A stretch of 64,000 nucleotides of DNA from assembly GCA_964252035.1 (NCBI GenBank), contig OZ176214.1; one strand, given 5' to 3'. Source of the stretch: Podarcis erhardii (taxonomy: Eukaryota). Position 1 is the first letter of the stretch, and each line of letters opens with the position of its first letter. Below, one piece after another: positions 24,185 through 36,453 of the stretch. The position numbers and the translations under genes were made by a program. The notes under the pieces are model-generated. The model had not been told where the DNA came from. It saw only the letters and a program-made list of their open reading frames with translations, and made no database searches.

Positions 24185-24256
24185 AAAAATCTAAGCTTCT
24201 TTTGGATATAAGTGCTCGTCTTTGGTTTACCTACAGAAGAAAATTTTCACCAATTG
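24185..24256 (+). CDS. ATG4A: ATG4A exon 3
   Basis: EKSKLLLDISARLWFTYRRKFSPIG; ctag|...G|gtag. Confidence 0.96.
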
Positions 24257-24570
24257 GTAGGTATGCTTTCTGAGATGTGTGGGTTCTTCCCCTTACCTTT
24301 GTTTTGTTCTTAAAAATATGACCTGTGTAAAGGAATGAACAATTAGTTCAGGATGACAGCATTTGCAGCCTTTGATCATTTAGTGCATGCTTTTTAAAAG
24401 TTTGCTGTATCCGCTAGCCCTTGGTGGACAGAATTACTTGGTACAGAACAGATCCTGACACTTTTAGGCTTTTGCCTTGATCCATTGAGGCCTTTGCAGC
24501 CTAGCAATTGCTTTGGGTAGCATTGGTGGGACACACTTAGATATTTGTTGTGCTTCCTGATATTGGGTTT

Positions 24571-25004
24571 TGTCAGGGAACTGCCATCGGAGCCAGAGGA
24601 GGAGGGAGGGCTCCAGAGGGATGCCGGAGAGCGTCCTAGGAGAGATAGAGGCAGCCCATCTGCTGGGGAAGGAAATCAGCGTAGCACCAGTGGAGAAGGG
24701 GGGCAGATGGGGGAATCGGCGAGGGGGCTCCATGACTCCTTGCTGGAGACCAGCGGGGAGAGCACAGGTCCTCCGCTGCCCACACCCTCCCTGTGCAGAA
24801 GACTTCCGCGCAGGGAGAGTAGGCGGAGACTAGGCGTCAAAGAGCTTCTTTGCTGGAAGAAGTTCAAGAAACGCCCACTGACGGATTCTGCCAGCGATTG
24901 AGGCAGCCACGGATGGGTGGCTGTCCGGACAGAAAAGGTTCACCCAGGTAACCCAGCCAAGCGTGGCGCCAATTTACGCACAAGCAACCCCTAGAACCAT
25001 TACA
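24571..25004. mobile_element. Solo-LTR-like insertion
   Basis: Starts TG, ends CA, flanked by 5-bp direct repeat GGTTT (24566-24570, 25005-25009); purine/GC-rich relative to the intron. Confidence 0.6.
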
Positions 25005-25541
25005 GGTTTGTTCCAATCACCTTCCTTTAGGGGGCCATCTGAACTGCCACCAGATTTTCAAAGACCTCTTGATCTTCTACCCTCTCCTTTGTGGCTCTCA
25101 GTGATCTTATGCTATGAGTTGGGTGTGGATCTATACTCTTACTTTTTCCAACTCAGTGTTCTCCATATGTTTTGGACTAAGATTCCCATCAGCCCCAGCC
25201 AGCATGGTCATTATGCAGGCTGGGCTCAATAGGGAGTTTTAATCCAAAGCATATTGAGGTCGCGAGATTGGGTAAGGCCGGATGGCATTAATCAAACTAT
25301 CACAACATTCTTCCAGAATTTTGGATTTATGATCCACAGCTTAGGTTAAAACCTACTTGTTGGTGAATGCACTTCACTCGGTCCTCCACTGCATTTTCAT
25401 CATGCTAAGAATTATTCCAATAGCAAACTATTGTGGGTACTAAGCATTTTTCTTTTATGTGAAGAGAAAAATCCAAGGAAGGGAAGCATTCTTTGTTGTT
25501 TCTTTGGGTAAATTCATAAATGTGGTGATTCTTGACCCCAG

Positions 25542-25640
25542 GTGGCACCGGCCCTTCCTCAGATGCTGGCTGGGGCTGTATGCTGCGATGCGGACAGATG
25601 ATGTTGGCCCAGGCTCTGATCTGTCGACACTTGGGGAGGG
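25542..25640 (+). CDS. ATG4A: ATG4A exon 4 (catalytic Cys)
   Basis: [33 protein letters not shown]; the GWGCMLR motif of the peptidase C54 family. Confidence 0.98.
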
Positions 25641-26242
25641 GTGAGTGTGGTCTTTCACCAGTAGATTCCCAGAATGGTCGTGGTTGTAGGAATGAGAAAT
25701 GAGTGAGGGTGAGGGGTATCTGAATATGTTTTATATTGTTTGGGGTGGGGCTTCAGTGCCTCATCTAGTTGATTCTAGAAAGACTAGAATAAGTTTTGCA
25801 AAGAGAATATATGCTATTATGTATAGCTTTCCTAGTTATATTTTAAAATCAGTTTTTTCTGGTTCAGAAATTATATTACCTGGTTCTGCAATTGTAATCT
25901 TTTTTTTAATAGTAAGTATGGTATTTTAATTTGTCTGAATTAATTTTATGATGTATTTTAATTAATTGATGCCTGTTTTTATGTATACTGTGTTATTTAT
26001 ATGATATTAGCCACTCTGAGCCCAGCACCAGCCAGGGAGGGTGGGGCACAAATAAATTATTATTATATTAATATTATAATAATATTATTATTAAGTATGC
26101 AACCCTGATTTGTAACCAATAATTTAGAAAATTACAGTAGCTATCATAACCAAAGGTATACATGTATCACCTACTGCCATTCAACACTACTTTTCAAGAT
26201 TATGATATGATATTTAAAATCTAGAATAATTTTCTCTCTAAG

Positions 26243-26344
26243 ATTGGCATTGGGAGAAACACAAAAGGCAACCTGAAGAATATCACAAAATCTTACGCTG
26301 TTTCCTGGACAGAAAAGACTGCTGTTATTCTATCCATCAAATGG
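26243..26344 (+). CDS. ATG4A: ATG4A exon 5
   Basis: DWHWEKHKRQPEEYHKILRCFLDRKDCCYSIHQM; aag|...G|gtaag. Confidence 0.96.
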
Positions 26345-27086
26345 GTAAGAGTTGGCTTTGAGAATTATTTCTTCCACCCTTGTTTTTCAAACTTTTAGTG
26401 TACATAAACTTCTGTTAGCATAATTTTAGCGTGAAAAATGCACATATGCCTTCAAATGCTATAAAAGTTGCAAATCTTGGTCAAAAGCATAGCAGTGCAG
26501 AAGAGAATAAGTTTTTGTATGTGCACACACAAATATAGAACTAATAATAATAGGGTGATGAAGCTGTAATTTAGAATACAGGTTCCCAAATCATTTGATG
26601 TCATGAGAGCTCCCAGGTAAAAGGCATGATTCTGAAATGTGAGATTCATTGAGACATATGGACCAGTCCACTAAACCACAATTTGTCTTTATCCATGGTT
26701 TAATCAGGAACATGCCTCTCCCTTGCTGTATAGTTCCCTCTCATGTGACTCAAATAAGTCATATTATGGCTTGTCATGTGTTCTGAACTCTGAAGGTTTG
26801 TTCCTGGCTTCTTTTTGGCTTACTGCTAGTGGTCTGGGTTCAGACACTATAGCATTGCTGCTCGGTTTAAATCAAGCTTAAAATATTTAGCTGAGGTTCT
26901 TAGTCTTGTGATAACATTCCAGTGTGATCCTTGATACAGAACAAGTTTCCATCTCATTTGTGTGAAGGTAGTCCCAATTTCTAATGGCTTTGGAATGTGT
27001 GCAATGCAGCCTAAAAGAATGTGCCATTCGACAGACTGATGCTTCTTATTTATCTGTGTGTCTGTTTCTGTTTCTAATCTACACAG

Positions 27087-27159
27087 CACAGATGGGTGTT
27101 GGTGAAGGGAAGTCTATTGGGGAATGGTTTGGACCAAATACTGTTGCCCAAGTGCTCAA
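27087..27159 (+). CDS. ATG4A: ATG4A exon 6
   Basis: AQMGVGEGKSIGEWFGPNTVAQVLK; cag|...AA|gtaag. Confidence 0.97.
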
Positions 27160-29169
27160 GTAAGCAAGCAAGCATGTATATCTTGTGTGGAATTTAGATG
27201 GAATGGAAAGACAGTTTAGTTCCACTCATTTAACATTGAAACTCTGCTGCACTTTCATAACATGAAGGTTCTCCCTGGAGATAATGATGGTGGTGGTGGT
27301 GATGATCATTGTGGCATGAACTTTTATGCACAAGCTTCCTGGCTTTGTTACATTAACACCTACAATCGATCATGATTGAGTCCTGAACCAAATTGCTGTC
27401 CAGCTATTTCACACAGCAATCCTACTTTGTATTTTTTAAAAAAAAATAATGGTAAATAACAGTCAACAACAGAGTTTCCTACTATTTTCAGTTTTGTGTC
27501 CATTTAATCTTTGCATGGAGACAGACTTGTTGCCCCAGGCAGATGGTAGAAGGTCCTTGTTGGCAGATGATAGCATATATTCACTGTGGGATGAACAAGT
27601 GGAGCCTCTGATGCCCTTTTTCCAGCACAGCACATAGTTATCAATTTTATCCAGAATATTTTTCTGAGGCAGGTTAGACTGAGAGATAGTGACTTGCCCA
27701 ATGGTCACTCATAGAGCTACATGGCATAGTAGGGATTTAAAGCCAAGTCCCCTGAGTCCAGTTCACAACCATTGCATGACTTCAGCTGTCCTCCATAGGC
27801 TATGCACTCCTAATCACCAGACTATCTCTTGCATGAATCAAGCAACAACTTGTAGAATTGATCCATATGATAGAACAGGGAAGGCAAAACCCCTCTAGGA
27901 CAAAGTTTCTAGTTAGCATCACAACTTACTGTTGTGATCTCTGGTTAGATTTTGAAGCAGCTCAGTATTCTGAGATACGTATTGTTCCCATGTTATAGAA
28001 TTTATCTGTCATTACTCGAAGCACTAAAATTTAAATTGCAGCTTTAAAAGCATGGGGACCTGTTGATTAAGAACAGCCTGAAATTCCAAACCTGATGTAA
28101 AAATCCTATTTTTAAGTAACATTAAGCTGGAAAAGCAATGTATCTCTTCTGCATAAGCAGTTAACAGAAGATTGAACTATGACCATACTTGGGGAAGGTT
28201 AGTAGTGGCAACTGAATATTGGCAGATAGAGAGATAAAAATTATGTTAAACTGCCAGTCTCTGGTATTAATTTAGAATAGCAATCTGCATCTTCAGAACA
28301 TTTTCAATAAAAACAAGCAGAACCTTAATAATTTGAATCTCAGAAATCAGGGATCCAGATTAGCACCTGCAACAATAAAAAATTATCTCCTGTTTTTCTT
28401 TTCCTCCTTTAAAGCAGGTGTGGTCCTCCAGATGCTGCTGAACCACAACTTTTGTCATCCGTGGCCATTGAGCATGCTTGATGGGAATTGTAGTTCAGCA
28501 ACTTCTGGGGGATCAAATGTTCTCCATAACTTTCTTAATGGTTTTGTGCAGACCTTTTCCTAACAACATTTATTTATTATATTTGTAATCCTTGCATCCC
28601 TGAGAGGCTCTTGAAATTAGCTTACAACAGATATTTATAATGAAAATCACATTCAAGTCTTGTGTCAATCATTGTGCCCCTATGGTACCTGAATTATTTA
28701 GGTGGCATTTCCTGCCCTAATCCTAATCCCGCCATAATCTTCCCTGTTGTTGACCTTTGGCATCAGCCTACTAAGTGCTAGAGCCCAGTGATGTATTCTG
28801 TGGCAAGGGAGTGTGGCTAAGCAACGGGAACTCACTCAGCCCCTGATGGAGGCAAATCTTCCCTTGCTGGCTGTTGCCAGTTCCCACTAAAGCCTGGGAT
28901 TGAACACTCACAGACAATCCCACTACACTGGTGTGCAACTTTATCCATATATTTGTAAAATGACCTCTCCTAGAAGTATCAGTAAGCATAATATCATAAA
29001 AATTGGTCAGACAAGTGGCAAGATGTACAAAAGGGAATAACTAGAACCTTTTCCTCAAAAGATAGAACATCTTATTTATTTAAGAGTCTTCCAGTCATAT
29101 TGAAGGCAGAGTGTTGGCCTCTGAGTGGCATGGAATTTGGACTTACTACTGTCTGTTTCCCCACCCCAG

Positions 29170-29249
29170 GAAACTTGCACTATTTGATGAATGGAATTCC
29201 TTAGCCGTTTATGTATCTATGGACAACACAGTTGTGATTGAAGATATCA
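29170..29249 (+). CDS. ATG4A: ATG4A exon 7
   Basis: KLALFDEWNSLAVYVSMDNTVVIEDI; cag|...A|gtaag. Confidence 0.97.
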
Positions 29250-29776
29250 GTAAGTTATAAGCACCAGCTGTTTAACAGAATTTCTGATTCACCCAGGCCT
29301 TAAACTGAATTGGGATTTAGCTCCAGTCTGATTTTTATTCCTTGGAAAATATGAAGATCAGTACAAGCATGCTTGGACACAGATTGTCAGCTAAAGGAGG
29401 ACTAGTTTCAGTCTCAGCCATACCACATGAGAATCACCATGCTACGTGTCACAATGGATCCGCTGAACGGTTTGATTGCTATTTTGTAATCAGTTTCTTT
29501 AGAAAACTCAGGGTTTGCTTCTTTACCTGAGCTCCAAAACTTACAGCTAGCTTTTCCCTGCTTATTCTAGTTGGGCAGACAGAATCACCACAAATTTCTT
29601 CTTAACTACTGGTTCCTTCTGTAAGGCATGTCTTTGCTGTAACCCACAAGTATTTGGGGACACTGAACTGAGTATTCACTTCATAGATAAGTATAAGATG
29701 TGTGCACACAGGAATGGCTCCCTCCGTTAAACTCAAGTGAATGGGCAATTAGGTTTTATTGTCTCTTATTTCCCAG

Positions 29777-29964
29777 AGAAGATGTGCCGGTTTCCATCCC
29801 AGAACTGTTCCAGTACCCACTGCAGCTCCCTGTCACACAGGAGTGTGCTCAGCCGAAACAAGAGCCCTATGGGGATCTGCTGTGGTTGGAAGCCTCTGCT
29901 GCTGATTGTACCTCTTCGCTTGGGGATAAACCACATCAATCCGGTTTATGTTGATGCTTTTAAG
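29777..29964 (+). CDS. ATG4A: ATG4A exon 8
   Basis: KKMCRFPSQ...GWKPLLLIVPLRLGINHINPVYVDAFK; cag|...AAG|gtacg. Confidence 0.96.
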
Positions 29965-30233
29965 GTACGACTGTCTTATAGTGATTGATTTGGTCAGCTT
30001 AATAGGAGTGTTTGGAAATGTTTTGAGCAGTTGCAGGTACTTTAATAACTAGTGCGCAAACATATGCATGGTCTGAAGAAGCACGATGAAACAGCTTTGC
30101 TCAAGCTAAAGAGGTCTGGGTCTGTTTAGGCCTGGGGACTCGGTATATGCTGCCTTCAGTTCCATCATGGAAGAAAGGTAGCATATAAATGTAATAAATC
30201 TCTTCTTCTTTATCTTCTTCTTTCAATCTGTAG

Positions 30234-30312
30234 GAGTGTTTTAAGATGCCACAATCTTTGGGAGCTTTAGGAGGAAAACCAAACAATGCCTACTACTTTA
30301 TAGGATTCTTAG
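30234..30312 (+). CDS. ATG4A: ATG4A exon 9
   Basis: ECFKMPQSLGALGGKPNNAYYFIGFLG; tag|...G|gtaag. Confidence 0.97.
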
Positions 30313-30825
30313 GTAAGGAAAAATAAGTGGAGTGCCAAATAAATATCTTTGCTTCTGAAGGATTATTTTAAAGCTGAATTTGCTAAGTAATGCAGGTGGG
30401 CCTAACAGCCAGCTGCAATAAGAGAGCATATAAAAGATACTCCGTACTGCTTTATAATGCATCGTCTACTCAGTACTTTGCTTTGAGGCTGAAGAGCCAA
30501 AGAAGTTGTGTGATCAGGCTTCTGTCACTAGCTAGGAGACTGGGGGCACAGGGAGGTTTCACCCTTTGTCTCTCTGGATGAGGACAAGAACCACCAACCG
30601 CTATTCAGGAAAAATACCAACAGTCAATGATCAGCCTGACTCAAAACCTTTAATTACTTTTATCAAATTTTCACAAACAGTACAAAAAAACTGGCCCTTT
30701 CTGCATCCTCTACCTCTTCCCTCCACTGCCCTTTCCTTGTGTGTTCTCCTATTTAATTTGTAAATACATTAGAATATATAATATGAAACGATGCATGAAA
30801 TCTTCCCTCTGCATGCATATATATT

Positions 30826-30863
30826 CGCGCGCGCGCGCGCGCGCACACACACACACACACACA
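30826..30863. repeat. Compound (CG)n(CA)n microsatellite
   Basis: Read directly from the sequence. Confidence 0.95.
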
Positions 30864-32419
30864 GTCCTTTCTTAGGAAAAGTTCAAGATAATGGTATCCC
30901 ATATCTGTTAGTAGTTATGGCTAATGGCATGGATAGTTTAGTTCTTGATAGATAAATGCATCCATTGATCAGTAGGACTTTTAAATAGAGTTACTCTATG
31001 AAAAGGTGGTTAGCAGGCCTTTTTGAATGCTAACTCCTCCCATGTCCCCAGGAGGAATATTAGATTGGGCCTCTAGTATACTCCCTACCTCACTTCTTTG
31101 TTCTCTTACTCCTTTCTCTTTGGGGAGAAGTGAATTGCCAAAACATCACTATTTGTATGTGGATTTCCCCCTTATTTCTCTTTAAAGAAGGGTTAAAAAC
31201 CACACATTTGTGTATTCAGTTGTTCACTTTTCTCCACAATGAAAACTTGGTGGGGAGGAGCTCATTCCCAGTCTGTCCCCAGGGGATGTGGAAATGGTTA
31301 AAGACAAAATTATCAAAACTAAGGGTTTTCCAGTTTGTTGCTGTTATTCTCCTAGAGTCAAGATGACAAAAAACTGATCAAGCATCTCTACAAGACCGTG
31401 CTTTTGAGTGCACTCAGTAGTATTGTGCTGTAAGTGTACATAAGGACACTCCAGGCTCAGCCTGGAGGCAAAGGCAAGCAGATCAGGCAGAAAGGCCCAC
31501 AACATTCTTTAATATACCAGAGAAAAATTCAGGTGGATAGCCGTGTTGATCTGTCATAGTTATAATAAATAATAAGATGAAAGATGAAAAAATCTTTTTA
31601 AATAATTCCAGTGGCACCTTTAAGATCAACTAAATATAAGCTTTCATGGTATGAGCTTTCATGTGTAATACACACTTCGTCAGAGAAAGGTTAGGGAAAG
31701 CATTTCCTCTATTCACAAAGCTTGCCACAAGACATGCCCTCTCACAGCATGGGACATCAAAACATGGGTAGGATTGGGTGGTGATCACAGTGGACATGTT
31801 GCTAATTCCCAGTTTGGAGAGTGAAGTTGAAAATACAGATTGCTCTCCTCTAGTCTACGTGAGTTTGTGCTTAATGAACAGCAGGTGCCTGTCTTAATGG
31901 GGATAAACTATTAAGGTTATTAAGTTTTATCCAGATATCATTGTGCTGACAAGTTGCAGTGTTGGGAGTATGAGAGCAGATGGTTTGATCAATTCAAATC
32001 ACTGTATGAAATCTAGTCCTTCCCCAAAGCATTGCTTTGGCTTCTCCAGCCCACCTACTCTTTTAAGACCCTTCCTCCAAGCAGTTTGCAACCTTTCCTG
32101 TCCTATGCAAGTCTTCCCCCAGCTCATCTTTGGCTACTTATTTTCTCTGCTCCATCTCTTCTCTACCCTCATTCCTTTAGGTTCCTTCACCTCTCCTTCC
32201 TTCAGTTTCTTATGTTTGAGCTTAGTTCCATTTCCTTCAGTCACCCTGACTCATCCCATCTCCCCTTCTGGTCCTTGGTCTCCCTGCCTCCCCAGCACTA
32301 CTATCTCTTTGCCTTTCTACTGATGTTAACATCAGCACCCCTTGTGTTCATAGACACCAAAGGTCTCTTGCACTGCATTGTTCCCTCCTTTTCATTATTG
32401 TGTATCTCTTCTGCGGCTT

Positions 32420-32585
32420 AATGGTAGAGCACAAATTTGTGTGCAAAAAGTTCCCAGATTCAATATCTGGCCTCTACAGTTAGGGCTTGAATAGACTCTC
32501 GTTTGGGGATCCTGGAGAGCCACTGCCCATCACTGACAGCAATACTGGGATAGCTGGATCAATGGGGAAGCCTCCTATATTTCTA
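32420..32585 (+). mobile_element. tRNA-derived short SINE (degenerate)
   Basis: A/B-box-like ggtagagcac...gttcccagattcaatatctggc, then agagccactgcc...atactggg..gatggatcaatgg. Related copy at 42085-42256. Confidence 0.55.
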
Positions 32586-32746
32586 AGCCTCTGCTTCCTA
32601 CATTTGGCAGCTTTTTTTTATTTTTCTTCTCAGTCCACTGTCTCGTCTGCCCTACCTCACCTACTGTTAATGTCCATACAGAGTGCAAGACTGAATGGCT
32701 TTCAGTTCTACATTTCTGACAAACTGCTCTTGTTTTACCCGCACAG

Positions 32747-32892
32747 GAAATGAGTTGATCTACTTGGACCCTCACACCACACAGATTTTTGTAGATTCTG
32801 AAGAAAATGGTGCTGTAGATGACCATAGCTTCCATTGCCAGCAAGCACCACATCGGATGAAGATAATGAATCTCGATCCCTCTGTAGCTTTA
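32747..32892 (+). CDS. ATG4A: ATG4A exon 10 (catalytic Asp/His, DPH)
   Basis: GNELIYLDPHTTQIFVDSEENGAVDDHSFHCQQAPHRMKIMNLDPSVAL; cag|...TTA|gtagg. Confidence 0.97.
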
Positions 32893-33345
32893 GTAGGTGT
32901 TGGCAGGAGTGGATGTCTGTCACCCTGACCTGCAGCCTTGCACCCCTCTGGTCCATACCCCACACTTTTGTCTCTTGTCTTCACAATTGGAACACGAATG
33001 CTGTCCCACCCTATCATGCACAGGCAGCTAACTTTACCTTATGTCAAGGCCCCCTGGTTTGGTTACATATCTAAACTGCCCAATATTTTGTATACTGGTT
33101 AATTTAGCCTTACATGTTAATGCCATTTGTGGCCTTGTTCTCTGTGTTTGTTTTGTACCACTTCTGACTATTGATGAGGAACTTGCATGACCAATCATGG
33201 GGGAATTAATATAATGTTCATTCAAGATGCCCTGAAAAGTAATATTTGGACAGCTGGATCTTGCTCTTCCCCACACCAGACTTCAGACTGGGTACTTTTT
33301 GCCCCCAAATTATATCTCACTTAAAATATTCCTGTACCTTCACAG

Positions 33346-33402
33346 GGATTCTTTTGTAGAGAAGAAAAGGACTTTGATAACTGGTGTAGCCTTGTGCAAA
33401 AG
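33346..33402 (+). CDS. ATG4A: ATG4A exon 11
   Basis: GFFCREEKDFDNWCSLVQK; cag|...AAG|gtaag. Confidence 0.97.
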
Positions 33403-34452
33403 GTAAGCATTAGGAAACTTTTTAACTGGCATAAGTTCCCCTTTAAAATGAACCTCTAGGTACATTAGGTGGGGTGAGATGCATGGAATAATATAACCAA
33501 GGAGAGGCTGTTTTAAATTACTCCCCATTGTGGCCCTCTCTGCTCAGCAACACATTTCTTTGTACTGATTTGCTAATTGGCTGCAGTGGTGGCATAGGGA
33601 AAATGGATGGTGTGAGCCAGCATGTGCCCCTGCAGCTTGCGTAGAGAGGTCAGCCAGGGCCCAAAGTATAATTGGATCTATTGCCCAAGTTACATTCTGA
33701 TCTGATACCTAAAGTGTGTGTGCTCCTGTGTCATGTCTTCATCTGCCAGCCCTGGTTTGTGAATGAGAAACGTTATTGGTGTACAGGTGCCTGTTACTTA
33801 TGGGATCTTCTCACTGCCCTGGTACTTGTTGAAAAACAACCCAATGGTATGTGAGTGTGAGACTGTGGCAGACCACACTGCTTAGCTTTGGAAGTAAAAA
33901 AATAAATAGTTCAAGATACAGTGTAAGCACCTTGTTGGATCAGACAAAGGTCCAATAATTTAGGAATATTAAGTGTGATCTGTATGGAAGAGAACTCTGA
34001 AATCCTGGATAGCTTCTGCTAGTCAGTGTAGATGTTACTGAGCTGGATGGACCAACAGTCTGATGCCGTATAGGGCAGATTCCTATGTTCCTTACTAAGC
34101 CTTTCCTTGAATAAGTTCTCCTTGCAGTCATAGGACTTAATGTGTGGCTTTGCAGAAAAATAAAACCGAGATGAACATGATCTGCTGCCTGAGTTTTGCT
34201 CAGCTATAAAAGCTCCAGCTGTGCTTTTGTGATGTTGCAAGAATGCTCACAGATATTTCAGTCATGAAAGCATTAAAGTGTGAGCATTGATCATTAGACT
34301 AAGAAGTGACTACCTAAAGGACTGCACAAGTGATGGTGATGATTCTGTAGCACAAGAGCACAGACTGTCTGCTACTTCCCGTATAATTCAGCTATGTTTT
34401 CTGGTTTTGTTATTGCAGCACACATTTAAAAATGAAATATTGTTCTCCCCAG

Positions 34453-34564
34453 GAAATACTTAAGCAACAGAGTCTGCGAATGTTTGAGTTGGTTCAAAAG
34501 CATCCACCGCACTGGCCCCCTTTCATACCTCCTACAAAGCCAGAAGTAACCACAACTGGAGCAG
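34453..34564 (+). CDS. ATG4A: ATG4A exon 12
   Basis: EILKQQSLRMFELVQKHPPHWPPFIPPTKPEVTTTGA; cag|...G|gtaca. Confidence 0.96.
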
Positions 34565-34606
34565 GTACAGAATTGTGTTTAACTTCTCCCCCCACCCCAC
34601 CCCAGC

Positions 34607-34638
<32 letters not shown>

Positions 34639-34640
<2 letters not shown>

Positions 34641-34921
34641 TTTCGTAGATTTTCACGGGTACAGGAATGCAGGTTTTGGTGTCCTCGGGTGTCTTCCCGT
34701 GTAAAAGTTGGGGTGTCTAGGCGACGTTTCGACGAGGTCTCACTCGTCATCTTCAGGCTGGTGCTTTCCAGTAACAAGGCTGGTGCTTTCCAGTAACAAG
34801 AAGCTGTTCCAGTAACAAGAAGCCGAAAGCACCAGCCTGAAGATGACGAGTGAGACCTCGTCGAAACGTCGCCTAGACACCCCAACTTTTACACGGGAAG
34901 ACACCCGAGGACACCAAAACC

Positions 34922-34925
<4 letters not shown>
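34639..34925. mobile_element. Penelope-like element remnant: two inverted pLTR-like arms
   Basis: Perfect 101-bp inverted repeat (34668-34768 / 34825-34925) flanked by (TA)n (34610-34638, 34925-34958). The CCTGAAGATG..CGAAACGTCG signature is typical of Penelope-like repeats. Confidence 0.85.
34832..34876 (+). ncRNA. Minimal type I hammerhead ribozyme-like motif (mirror copy on the - strand, core 34723-34756)
   Basis: CTGAAGA 34837-34843, extra T, stem II GACGAG/CTCGTC with 6-nt loop, GAAA 34863-34866, then C-GTC. Stem III is loopless (ACGT palindrome) and stem I is weak. Confidence 0.65.
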
Positions 34926-34960
<35 letters not shown>

Positions 34961-36388
34961 ATACAGAGAGTGAGATAGAATCTTGGTTTGTGAAGTAACA
35001 AATGTTCCTATCTAACCCTTCCCCACTTTTCCTCCCGGAGGCTGTAGCCATTTCCATATGTTGCAACACAGCAGTGGCATCTTAAAGACTTAGCAGTTTT
35101 ATTGTGACATAAAGTTTTGTGGACTAGAGTGGGATTTGTAGCCTAAAGAAGCTTATGGCACTGTTAGACTTTGAAGGTACTGCAGACTTTTGTTGTCGTC
35201 CCTTCCTCCCACTGCTGTTCTCTTTCTGAAGTCAATTTCATGATGTATGAAGCTGTGTGCTCAGCCAAGGTTTTCACTAGATTAACACACACTAATTTGT
35301 CATCCCTGGGAATGGAATCTTTTTTCCTTTTGTTATGCTGTGACTTTTCTGGTTATCTTGTAGTGAGAGCCACATAGAAATTGGTCCTATGGATTGGTGG
35401 TTATGTGATGGATCCCAGTAATGTCAGCAAGACAATTTGTGGTTTGTTTAAATCACAATGGCACTGGAATCTTTTCCAAAGTACTCTGAAGATTCAGCCC
35501 ATCCTAGGAAATTGGTGCACCCAGTTCTAGCTGTGGTAGAAGCACTCAAAATCTTAAGTAAATACATATAAAGCACAGTGCTGCTTGAGAGGAGTTATCC
35601 CTGTCTCCCAACAGATGGGATCCATTTGGAACTGGAATTCCCTGTGAAACAGTAGCAGCAAATGAGACTGATGCAGATCTTGCAGATTGAAGGCAGGATT
35701 GTGGAGTGGGGTGGGGTGGGGTGCAACTGGTCTTCATGTCAAATGGAGTCCATAAGCTCTGGAACAGGGGATTTAAAAGGGAGATGTGGTAAATCAAGTG
35801 TCTTGCATCAGTGTGGAAAAGCAGAAAAAAGGGATTGCACTAATGCTGATTTGGATATAAGTAGAAGGTCATAAAAGTCTCTAAATGTGGTGAAAGGCAC
35901 AACAACAAGAACAAAGCTTGCTCTTTAAGGAACAGCAAGTTGCACTTTGCAGGTTGTAGACTGCAGGAAAGAGACCCACAGAAATTTATGTGACACAAAG
36001 GCAGTTTTTTTAAAATGAATCCTTGCTGAAGGTACAGAAAAGTTTGCTTTAAAACTGAGCCTTAAGCTTACATGCTAAGAACTTTGGATTGTGCCCAACA
36101 TATCTCTGAAGAAGAAGGGAAGACTGTCATTCCCACATATTCCATGGGGCAAAAGTTAGAGGAGAACAGTTTTAAAAACAAATCTTAATCTATCATCTCC
36201 TTTCTTGAAACTTAGACAATTGCAATAAATAGCTAAGCTTCCTTATCTTTGTTACATTTGGAAAAGTTTGACATTTTAGTGTTTGTTTTTTAATTAGGGA
36301 GGCTTGCCATGGTAAAGTTTGTAAATTTCTGCACAAAAGCCAGAGGTGCATGCTCTTGATAATAAGTTGTTTTTTCCATTTCCCACAG

Positions 36389-36453
36389 AGCTCATTGAGT
36401 CCACTGACAAACTATTTGAATCTGAAGAAGAGTTTGAGATCCTGAGCGTCTGA
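36389..36453 (+). CDS. ATG4A: ATG4A exon 13 (last; C-terminal LIR motif FEIL)
   Basis: ELIESTDKLFESEEEFEILSV, stop TGA. The 13 exons sum to 1158 nt = 385 aa plus stop. Confidence 0.96.

Noticed and set aside
24253-24265. Tandem donors G|GTAG|GTATG at ATG4A exon 3 (similar at exon 10)
   Set aside because: The downstream GT shifts the frame by 4 nt and there is no evidence of use.
34740-34830. Short direct repeats with spacers, superficially CRISPR-like
   Set aside because: Eukaryotic context, no unique spacers; slippage repeats within the Penelope-like insertion.
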